Source of the DNA: an uncultured virus (IMG/VR IMGVR_UViG_2703719318_000005)
Taxonomy: Duplodnaviria; Heunggongvirae; Uroviricota; Caudoviricetes
Length of the DNA: 20,000 nt
Strand: one strand, 5' to 3'
Virus record (IMG/VR): IMGVR_UViG_2703719318_000005
Shown here: positions 9,989-17,088 of the stretch, in pieces
Numbering within the stretch: the stretch's first letter is position 1
Layout of the letters: the number at the start of each line of letters is the position of its first letter
Position numbers and translations under genes: made by a program
The notes under the pieces: generated by a model
The model's database searches: none
What the model was told of the DNA's origin: nothing
Seen by the model: the letters and a program-made list of their open reading frames with translations, nothing else

Positions 9989-10552
9989 ATGGAAAAATAT
10001 AATTTTATAATTGCAATGGTAATAATTTTAGGGGTATGTGGAGCAGGATTTGTTTTTGCATATTTAAAAAAGAAAGGATTTAAAACAGGCACCGTTTTAG
10101 CTGAAGCACAAACAATAGTTGGAGATGTAGGAACTGCAATAAGGGCGGCGGAGTCTTTAGCACCTAATAACAGAACATTAAATTTATTAGATACAATTGA
10201 TAAAATAGTATATAAATCTGTTATGGGAACAAATCAAATGTATATATCATCACAGTTACCAGCAGATCAAAGAAAAGATAATGCAAAAAAACTTATATCA
10301 GCAGGACTAAAAATAGCTAACATAAGCGAGACTCCATCTTTAGATATATTTATAGATGCAGTACTAGAGCAGACTATATATGACTCTAAAACAGATACAG
10401 AAAAGAAAAACCAAGAACAAAACACTTTGCAGGCTCAAATTACTCAGCTTACAGCAGAAAAAGCACAATTACAGGCTAGCAATACAGATTTAGCAAATAA
10501 AAATACAGAGCTTAGCAATAAGCTAAACACAGTGTTAAGTACTGTAAAATAA
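9989..10552 (+). CDS. Membrane-anchored lysis-module protein (holin-like N-terminus, C-terminal coiled coil)
   Basis: GGAGGT RBS; N-terminal TM helix followed by KKK; heptad-repeat tail (LQAQITQLTAEKAQLQASNTDL); directly after the endolysin. Confidence 0.6.
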   Translation: MEKYNFIIAMVIILGVCGAGFVFAYLKKKGFKTGTVLAEAQTIVGDVGTAIRAAESLAPNNRTLNLLDTIDKIVYKSVMGTNQMYISSQLPADQRKDNAKKLISAGLKIANISETPSLDIFIDAVLEQTIYDSKTDTEKKNQEQNTLQAQITQLTAEKAQLQASNTDLANKNTELSNKLNTVLSTVK

Positions 10553-10672
10553 TAATAAGTTTTTAAATATAAATTACTTAAAAATAGTTATTTTATATAA
10601 AAACAAATCATAAATAAAACAATGTAAATAAATTGAATTAAAGTAAAAATAAATACTATAGTGTAAATTTTG

Positions 10673-10701
10673 TTGAATCTTACAAGTACATGCTTTATAA
10701 T
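10673..10701 (+). promoter_or_regulatory. Sigma-A type promoter of the three-gene cassette
   Basis: TTGAAT (10673-10678), 17-bp spacer, TATAAT (10696-10701). Confidence 0.7.
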
Positions 10702-10795
10702 AAAGTGAAAGGTAATCGAAAAAGATTACTTTATGCGATATAGAATTATATATAATATCTAAGAACTTATGATTTGGATGGGGGAAACTTATTTT

Positions 10796-11875
10796 ATGGA
10801 GTTGAAGGAATATAAAACTATATTAATGGAGACAATTACTAATGAATATCCTTTGTATTTTCAAAAAACTTTGTTGAAAAAATTTCAAGATAAGGGTTTG
10901 ATTTTTAGGGATGGAAGAAAAACTAATGTTGATAATCTTTTAGATGTTACATGTTATAGTAAAGAAAGAGATCAATTAAAGCTTGCAATAGAGAGCATGG
11001 ATAATTGTATTAAAGAATGTGAAGAATTTGAGTATGAAAAAGGATATAGATATTGTGCTATTTTTAAATTTAGGCAATATAATGAAAATATTGTTAATAA
11101 ATTAGTAAATGAAAAACAAATTTTTAAGTATAATGAGAATAATATTTTTGATGATAATTTGTATGAATATCCAGCGTTTCCAACATATAAAGAAAACGGA
11201 GATTATGCATTTTTAAAGTTTGGTTTTATGCTGAATAATAAAGAAGAAACTAATAGCTTTATGAAATATCCTGTTTTAGTGGTAATAAATAAAAAATTAA
11301 AAATAATAGAAATAAGATTAGATACTGTATCTTTTAAATATAAGAACAAGGAAAATTTTTATGAAGATAAAATTGGTAGAGTAAAATCATGGATTAGAAG
11401 GTATTTAGATTTATCAATAGAAGATATAGATTTTCAAGCTGTAACTAAATACATGAGAAGTAATAAAGCTGATGAAGTTACTATAACTGCCCTTAAAATG
11501 GTTAGAGATGGTATGGTGGCAAGTTTAGATGCGTGTTCTAATGAAGAAATGACTATACCAATTTTGGGTGAATTAAAAGAATTAATATTAAAATGTAATA
11601 CTATGTTTGTGGTTAACGATGATACTATCAAAATAAAAGAATTGCTAAACAATTTTATAAAAAAGATAGAAGAAACTTCTGACTTACCATCGGTAAAAAT
11701 ATTTTGGCATATAAAAAGAATAAAACTATTAGTTATGCATTCATATAAAGAAAAATCATACAGCTTATTTAAATATTCTGATGAATTGGAAGATAAGGAG
11801 AGAATGAATTATGTTACAAACTACCTTGTTGAATGTGAAGAAGAGCTTAGAAAACAATTCCAAATTGAACAATAA
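10796..11875 (+). CDS. Hypothetical protein (~359 aa), gene 1 of candidate defence operon
   Basis: Long AT-rich ORF; GGGGG RBS at ~10780 favours ATG 10796 over 10769; no motif recognised. Confidence 0.75.
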   Translation: MELKEYKTILMETITNEYPLYFQKTLLKKFQDKGLIFRDGRKTNVDNLLDVTCYSKERDQLKLAIESMDNCIKECEEFEYEKGYRYCAIFKFRQYNENIVNKLVNEKQIFKYNENNIFDDNLYEYPAFPTYKENGDYAFLKFGFMLNNKEETNSFMKYPVLVVINKKLKIIEIRLDTVSFKYKNKENFYEDKIGRVKSWIRRYLDLSIEDIDFQAVTKYMRSNKADEVTITALKMVRDGMVASLDACSNEEMTIPILGELKELILKCNTMFVVNDDTIKIKELLNNFIKKIEETSDLPSVKIFWHIKRIKLLVMHSYKEKSYSLFKYSDELEDKERMNYVTNYLVECEEELRKQFQIEQ

Positions 11876-12179
11876 ACAGATAGAGTTATTAGTAGACAAC
11901 ATGGAGTTATGGGATTTAAATCATATAGTATATCCAAGCCAAATTAAAAGCATGTTATTCATTAAATATAAGAGTGTGTATGAAGTTTTAGATGTAATAA
12001 GAGATTTAGGAATTTTAGAATATAATTATCAAATTTATTGCAGTAAATGTGAACGATTTTTAGACAAAAAAATATTAAGAAGCTTAAATGAATTTCCAGA
12101 AGTATTATACTGTGATGAAAATCATAAATTGAAATCTTTAGAAGATACTATTTTAATATATAGGGTGATTAAAGAATGA
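11811..12179 (+). CDS. Small putative winged-helix/Zn-ribbon protein, gene 2 of operon
   Basis: AAGGAG RBS inside gene 1 with a 65-bp overlap; wHTH-like segment (VYPSQIKS...VYEVLDVIRDLGIL) followed by CSKC...CDENH metal-ligand pattern. Confidence 0.7.
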   Translation: MLQTTLLNVKKSLENNSKLNNKQIELLVDNMELWDLNHIVYPSQIKSMLFIKYKSVYEVLDVIRDLGILEYNYQIYCSKCERFLDKKILRSLNEFPEVLYCDENHKLKSLEDTILIYRVIKE

Positions 12180-12961
12180 GTGACTTAGGAGGATTAAGTC
12201 TGTTAGAAAAGATAAATATGGATATAGAAAAAGCTGATTTCAATAGTGATAAAGAGCGTGAAGATATCAAACTCAAAGTATTAAATAAATATACTCGATG
12301 GAGTTGCAATGATTATTTACAGTATGAAAGATTACTTGATAAATTGAAGGAAGAGAAAGATAAGAAACACTGTAGTCAGGTTGAAATTGGCAAGGCATTA
12401 GAAAATATAGTGACATTTATATTTGAAAAAAGTTATTTTTATAAGGTATATCCTAATAAAAGGACAAGTACTCATGAAATAGATCAGTTTGTAGTGCTAA
12501 GTGATAAGGGAGAACAAGCAATTTATGATTATCACTTTTCACGTAAATTATTAATATCAGAGCAAGACTATTTTTTATGTGAGTGTAAAAATTATAAAAC
12601 CAAAGTTCAAGCTACATGGGTTGGAAAGTTCTATACTTTGCTAAAAGTATCAGGAGATTGTACTGTAGGTATAATTTTTTCGTGTAATGGACTAACAGGA
12701 AAAGAAAATAATTGGTATGATGGACATGGATTGACTAAAACAATTTATAGAATAAGCAATAGTACCCAACACACATATATTCTTGATTTCAATCTAAATG
12801 ACTTTAAGCTATTATTAGACAATAAAAATACAATATTTAGTATAATACTTAATAAGAAAAGGGCGTTAGTAGCTAATGTAAAATCAGTAAATTTGATAGA
12901 TAGTGATTACCTAAACAATAATGAAATTGAGAAAATATATAAAGAAATATCTCAAGGATAG
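12176..12961 (+). CDS. PD-(D/E)XK restriction-endonuclease-fold (Mrr-like) nuclease, gene 3 of operon
   Basis: ATGA overlap with gene 2; catalytic pattern GKALE...HEID...LCECKNY, followed by VGKF and GIIFS. Confidence 0.8.
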   Translation: MSDLGGLSLLEKINMDIEKADFNSDKEREDIKLKVLNKYTRWSCNDYLQYERLLDKLKEEKDKKHCSQVEIGKALENIVTFIFEKSYFYKVYPNKRTSTHEIDQFVVLSDKGEQAIYDYHFSRKLLISEQDYFLCECKNYKTKVQATWVGKFYTLLKVSGDCTVGIIFSCNGLTGKENNWYDGHGLTKTIYRISNSTQHTYILDFNLNDFKLLLDNKNTIFSIILNKKRALVANVKSVNLIDSDYLNNNEIEKIYKEISQG

Positions 12962-12994
12962 AATAATGTTATACTAGTAATATGATTAATTATT

Positions 12995-13027
12995 AAAAAA
13001 GCTGCGAATTAGTTTTCGTGGCTTTTT
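12995..13027. terminator. Bidirectional intrinsic terminator closing the three-gene operon
   Basis: AAAAAAGCTGCGAA-ttagtt-TTCGTGGCTTTTT. Confidence 0.75.
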
Positions 13028-13170
13028 AGTCATTAAATAAGCTTTTAGCAGCCACTTCTACAGTAATAAACAAAATATTTTTACATAATTAAATGCACTT
13101 TATATTCTAAAAACAGTATTTTATATTGCAAAAACCTCTTAAATCCCAAAATAAAGCATTATCCTTTAGC

Positions 13171-13204
13171 GAGTAAAAGTTATAAAATAAAATAACTTTT
13201 ACTC
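13171..13204. repeat. Perfect 13-bp inverted repeat with 8-bp spacer
   Basis: GAGTAAAAGTTAT-aaaataaa-ATAACTTTTACTC. Confidence 0.9.
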
Positions 13205-13211
13205 AATTTAT

Positions 13212-13257
13212 AAAAAAGTATCCCTAGAGTAGTAAAAACTATTTTAGGGATCTTTTT
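13212..13257 (-). terminator. Intrinsic terminator of the PG-binding gene
   Basis: Imperfect stem ATCCCTAGAGTAGT-aaaa-ACTATTTTAGGGAT, flanked by A and T tracts, just past the stop at 13262. Confidence 0.65.
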
Positions 13258-13261
13258 ATAA

Positions 13262-13681
13262 TTAATAATTTTTTAATACACGCCAAGTATTAGGACCAAC
13301 GACACCGTCAGAACTTAAACCATGGTTGCTTTGAAAATTCCTAACAGCAGTATCAGTTTCATTACCAAAAATGCCGTCAGCACTTGTGTAGATATTTGCT
13401 AAATATCCTGCACGTTGTAAACACCACTGAACTTGTTCAACGAAATATCCAACATCACCTTCGTGTATAGTACCACCTTCAGCTATAATTGTATCGGCAG
13501 TTCTGCTATCCCATGAACTACGAAGCTTTGATGATGTAATATTAGATGGTGCTTGTGTAGTTACCTTAGAAGAAGTTTTGTTTATTTGTTTTGTATTACC
13601 AGTAGCAGCAAAAGCACTAGAAGAAATTAAGACAGTAGAAACAATTCCTAAAGATAAAGCTTTTAATTTTAAGTTTTTCAT
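13262..13681 (-). CDS. Secreted peptidoglycan-binding (PG_binding_1) protein without a catalytic domain
   Basis: Signal peptide (...SSSAFA|A), Ser/Thr/Lys linker, then GDVG..VEQVQWCL..AGY...ADGIFG..TDTAVRNFQ..HGL..DGVVGPNTW; AAGGGAG RBS. Confidence 0.88.
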   Translation of the reverse strand: MKNLKLKALSLGIVSTVLISSSAFAATGNTKQINKTSSKVTTQAPSNITSSKLRSSWDSRTADTIIAEGGTIHEGDVGYFVEQVQWCLQRAGYLANIYTSADGIFGNETDTAVRNFQSNHGLSSDGVVGPNTWRVLKNY

Positions 13682-13869
13682 TTTAAATCTCCCTTAAATT
13701 TCATTATTTGTATTTTTAATACAAATAAAGTGTACAACTTATCGGAATAAATGTAAAATGATGTATTTGACTGGTTTTTATTGTAATCATCTAAATAAGA
13801 TAATCTACGACGATTAAATGTAAAATTGTTACTTTAATTCAAAGTTTATTCGATTTTAAATATAAGGGA

Positions 13870-13919
13870 TGGCACGAAAAGTAAAAAAATATGGCACAAA
13901 TGTGATAAAACTTTTGGCA
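13870..13919. repeat. Three phased TGGCA direct repeats (13870, 13892, 13915)
   Basis: aTGGCAcgaaa / aTGGCAcaaat / tTGGCAtttta with 22-23 bp spacing in an AT-rich intergenic region. Confidence 0.5.
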
Positions 13920-13994
13920 TTTTATATGTTAATATACATATATAGTTAGTTGTTGCTGATAACTAACTATATATTAAAAAACTGGAGGTTAGCA

Positions 13995-14726
13995 ATGATG
14001 CTTAATTTATTTAGAAAAAGTAAAGAGTTAAAAGAGAAAAAATGTAAATTCAATAGTGCGGTTAAATTTGCAAATTCTGTTTTGAATGAGTTTAATAATT
14101 CATTAATGCTAGGAAGAATTGATACTAAAGATGTTCAAACACACCCCCTAATTGATGTTGTACGCTTGTTAGGGAGAAGATTACAAACTCAATATTTATC
14201 ATACTTATTATTTACAGAAGAGTCAGAAGAAGTGAAAGATATTACTGTAGATGAAATTATGTTTAGTATTTCGGATCCATTAACACAAAATGATGAAACT
14301 TTATATAATTTGATATCCAAAGTAGATATCAAAAGGAATGTACATTTAAAAAATGATTTGGTTTTGCCGTGGCCATGGAAAAGAGAACGCTTAATAAGAA
14401 CAATTGCTTATATAGGCGAAGGGAAAAAATCTGGGAAATGGAAACAAGACTTTCAAAATCATTTTGTACAACTATGGTTACCATTAGGTATTGCATGGGT
14501 TAATGGTGGAAACCATTCAATAGCTGAAGGAATTGTACAAGGTGAGGGTGTAATAGAAGTTAATGAAATATATGATATAAGCCCATTATATAAATATGTA
14601 TTTTGTGATGGTTTATATTATAGGAGAATATATGATAACAGTATAATTTCACCTGTTAAGAATGTTGAATTTGCAGCAATATTTGAAATAGGACGCATTA
14701 TGATAAAAAATTCTATTTCCTTTTAA
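13995..14726 (+). CDS. Uncharacterised protein, DUF6710-like (243 aa)
   Basis: GGAGGT RBS at 13984 favours ATG 13995. Motifs VLPWPW..ERL, W.QD..NH...WLP.GI..V.GGNHSI..GI and FAAIFEIGR recall DUF6710 (family call from memory). Confidence 0.6.
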   Translation: MMLNLFRKSKELKEKKCKFNSAVKFANSVLNEFNNSLMLGRIDTKDVQTHPLIDVVRLLGRRLQTQYLSYLLFTEESEEVKDITVDEIMFSISDPLTQNDETLYNLISKVDIKRNVHLKNDLVLPWPWKRERLIRTIAYIGEGKKSGKWKQDFQNHFVQLWLPLGIAWVNGGNHSIAEGIVQGEGVIEVNEIYDISPLYKYVFCDGLYYRRIYDNSIISPVKNVEFAAIFEIGRIMIKNSISF

Positions 14727-14743
14727 GATAAGAAATAATTTTT

Positions 14744-15133
14744 TTATTTCTTCCCATACTTCTTTAAAAGAAACTCTACATATGTAAGGGTTTCTTCATT
14801 AATATCCTCACAAGAGTTTATCCAGCCTAAGTTTTTAAGACCAAGCTTTATGTAGTCTTTAATACTTTCAAGTTGGGTATTCTCTTTTTGGTTATCTAAA
14901 TATCCTGCATAAATTAATAGCTGTTCTTTATCCAGATCTAATCCAGTAGCAAGTTTAACCACGGTATCCGTGTCAGATGTAGTTATACTGCCTTTTTCAA
15001 TTCTGCTAATTGTAGTATTGCTTAAGCCTGTCAACTCAGAAAGTTTTCTTTGAGAATATCCTCTAAGTTCACGTATTCTTTTTAGATATTGTCTGAAAGT
15101 TTCATTTTCTGTTTTTAATAATTTATTCTCCAT
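14744..15133 (-). CDS. XRE-family HTH transcriptional regulator
   Basis: YLKRIRELRGYSQRKLSELTGLSNTTISRIEKG...KLATGL...AGYL; GAGGTG RBS favours ATG 15133. Confidence 0.9.
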   Translation of the reverse strand: MENKLLKTENETFRQYLKRIRELRGYSQRKLSELTGLSNTTISRIEKGSITTSDTDTVVKLATGLDLDKEQLLIYAGYLDNQKENTQLESIKDYIKLGLKNLGWINSCEDINEETLTYVEFLLKKYGKK

Positions 15134-15389
15134 AACGCACCTCACCCAAATACTAATATGTAAATTATACCATTAAATATATATTTAAGGTAACCTAAAA
15201 AATAAAAGCTCCAGCAATTCACTGAAGCTCTTACGTAAACAAATTAGATGTTTTGGAGTATGATTCAAAATGAAACATAGTTGTAAATATAGAAATGAAT
15301 GTATCCCACGCACATAATTAATATGCGTTAAAAAATAAATACTATACACATTAAGGAATTTGTTATCTTTGTAAGGTGTATTAATAAGC

Positions 15390-15420
15390 AAAAAGGACGA
15401 GGGGGTTAGTTCACGTCCTT
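15390..15420 (-). terminator. Minus-strand hairpin with C-rich loop and U-tract
   Basis: Minus strand AAGGACG-tgaactaaccccct-CGTCCTT-TTT. Confidence 0.55.
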
Positions 15421-15574
15421 ATATATATATAAATTATTAATTTGGAAAAAATGATATCTTATGTTGCATTTTTATTATTACCAAAATGAATTAATGTATG
15501 TAAACATATTTAATAATTAAGCTAGAAATGCACATGATAAATAAGGAATAAAATTAATTTTAGGAGCTGTTTAA

Positions 15575-15727
15575 ATGAAAATATTAGGCATAGTGTTTAT
15601 TGTAATAAGTATCATATCAGGTATTGCAGCAACAAAATTAACTGGTGAGATTGGAATAATCACTGTAATTGCATGCATGGTTTTTGGATTGGCAGGAATA
15701 GGAGTTATGTTTAAGAAGGAAAAATAA
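15575..15727 (+). CDS. 50-aa hydrophobic two-TM peptide (not in the ORF track)
   Basis: AGGAG RBS at 15562; MKILGIVFIVISIISGIAATKLTGEIGIITVIACMVFGLAGIGVMFKKEK*. Confidence 0.75.
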   Translation: MKILGIVFIVISIISGIAATKLTGEIGIITVIACMVFGLAGIGVMFKKEK

Positions 15728-15842
15728 AAGCTCCAGCAATTCACTGGAACTTTCACCTATATTTGATAAGAGAATATTTTTAATAGTTAGTTTATCCATT
15801 TCTTAATTATTGCCATAACCTAGATAAGTATACATATTAAAA

Positions 15843-16925
15843 TTAAATATCCTCATGAGATTTTTTACGTGATATTTTTCTATAGTCCTTATATGAAGTA
15901 AGTAGTTCTTTTATCTCATATATCACTAAAAGTGAAGGTACTTCCATCTCAGTTAGAAATTCATCTAAAGCTAATTTTTCTCCATCTGCATCATCCTCAA
16001 GTTTCAAGTTATAAAGTATTCCGTACCCTTGTCTTATACGCTTGTTTGATATAGCTAACTCTATAGTTTTAAATACTTCATAATTTGCTATATCTGTATC
16101 TTTGAAAGTATACTTCAAGACTTCTACAATTCCAGAGCTGTCCATTTCCCTTATATCCGCAATAAAACAATCTTCTATTTTAAAATTACTATAGTTTTTC
16201 TCATTTACTCGTAGTTCTTTAAAGTACATAGTCCATAGTTTCATAATCTGTATATCAATTAAACTATAAAAATTATAAGATTTTCTTTTATCACTGTACT
16301 CTCCGACAATATTTTTTTGAAATAAACTAGGATCGTATTCATGACTGAAAAATAAGCAATGAAAATGTGGATGATAAGTATTACTTTCTTCGTTATAGGT
16401 AATTTCAAGTACTTTTAAAGCACCTTCAAACCCCATTAATCTATCCTTAAAACCTTTTGTGGTTTTGCCTTCTAAATCGTATGAATACGCACCGAATAAT
16501 TTTTTAAAAGATTTATTCATTTTTTCTATTGTTCTTTTAAGTTCTATTCCTTGTACATTAGGAATTGTAAGTGTAACCAAGTAAGGGTAATATCCATCTA
16601 GCAGTAGATTATTAAGCGGTACTTTAAGATTATGAATGGCACAGGCTAAATTAAATTTGCGGCAATTGGGACAAAAACGGTTATTCATGCACCTGTTAAC
16701 TTTTTGTAAGTCTAATAACTTATTATTTTTATATAGATCCCAAAGCCATATATCCATACAGTTTTTTATACGTTCACTTTTCTTCTTTAAAGTTTCGGAA
16801 TATGCAAAATGCTGTTCGCTTCTCATTTCTTCACTCATTCTTATATACCATGCTGCATATTTACTATTATAGTCAATTCTTTTTTGCTCCATTTTTTCAA
16901 GAGTTTCGTTCTCAAAATCCATCAA
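15843..16925 (-). CDS. rep: Rolling-circle replication initiator, HUH endonuclease of the Rep_1 (pC194/pUB110-like) family
   Basis: Cys cluster C..RFCPNC; motif 1 LVTLTIPN; LEIT; motif 2 YHPHFHCL; motif 3 EVLKYTFK; R.RQGYG.L. Confidence 0.9.
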   Translation of the reverse strand: MMDFENETLEKMEQKRIDYNSKYAAWYIRMSEEMRSEQHFAYSETLKKKSERIKNCMDIWLWDLYKNNKLLDLQKVNRCMNNRFCPNCRKFNLACAIHNLKVPLNNLLLDGYYPYLVTLTIPNVQGIELKRTIEKMNKSFKKLFGAYSYDLEGKTTKGFKDRLMGFEGALKVLEITYNEESNTYHPHFHCLFFSHEYDPSLFQKNIVGEYSDKRKSYNFYSLIDIQIMKLWTMYFKELRVNEKNYSNFKIEDCFIADIREMDSSGIVEVLKYTFKDTDIANYEVFKTIELAISNKRIRQGYGILYNLKLEDDADGEKLALDEFLTEMEVPSLLVIYEIKELLTSYKDYRKISRKKSHEDI

Positions 16926-16990
16926 CCATGCTCCCTTAAGCTTATTAAGTCTGCAATCCCTTTATTTAAGCCAAAATTACACTTGTTTGT

Positions 16991-17088
16991 ATAAGTATCG
17001 AGTATATATAAAAGACTACTAGGCATTAGCATCGAAACCGTTCTACTATTTATGCTGACGCACGAAATTTTCGATGCTAATGCCTAGT
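16991..17088 (-). promoter_or_regulatory. Candidate double-strand origin/oriT: nick-site-like sequence plus perfect 20-bp inverted repeat
   Basis: Minus strand TCTTTTATATATACTCG|ATACTT resembles the pC194-family/phiX174 CTTG|ATA nick site. Inverted repeat ACTAGGCATTAGCATCGAAA (17018-17037) / TTTCGATGCTAATGCCTAGT (17069-17088). Lies just upstream of rep. Confidence 0.65.

Larger units (their letters stand above)
1..10552 (+). mobile_element. Prophage (siphovirus-type) tail and lysis modules; continues left of the window
   Basis: Co-oriented TMP, Dit, BppU, Tal/fibre, holin and endolysin genes. Confidence 0.92.
15198..15746. repeat. 27-bp exact direct repeat (15198-15224 and 15720-15746), each copy part of a terminator-like hairpin
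   Basis: AAAAATAAAAGCTCCAGCAATTCACTG occurs twice, 522 bp apart. AGCTCCAG pairs imperfectly with the downstream CTGAAGCT (copy 1) or CTGGAACT (copy 2); the U-tract is on the minus strand. Confidence 0.85.

Noticed and set aside
8698..11652. Antisense ORFs 8698-8904, 9856-10092 and 11434-11652
   Set aside because: Overlap stronger plus-strand genes; no independent support.
13870..13930. Sigma-54 promoter reading of the TGGCA motifs
   Set aside because: None has the required GC at -12; the closest has GT.
15185..15756. Track ORFs 15185-15391 (-) and 15571-15756 (-)
   Set aside because: No convincing RBS; the second is the antisense shadow of the RBS-supported 50-aa peptide.
16636..16994. Plus-strand ORFs inside rep
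   Set aside because: Antisense shadows of the Rep_1 gene.
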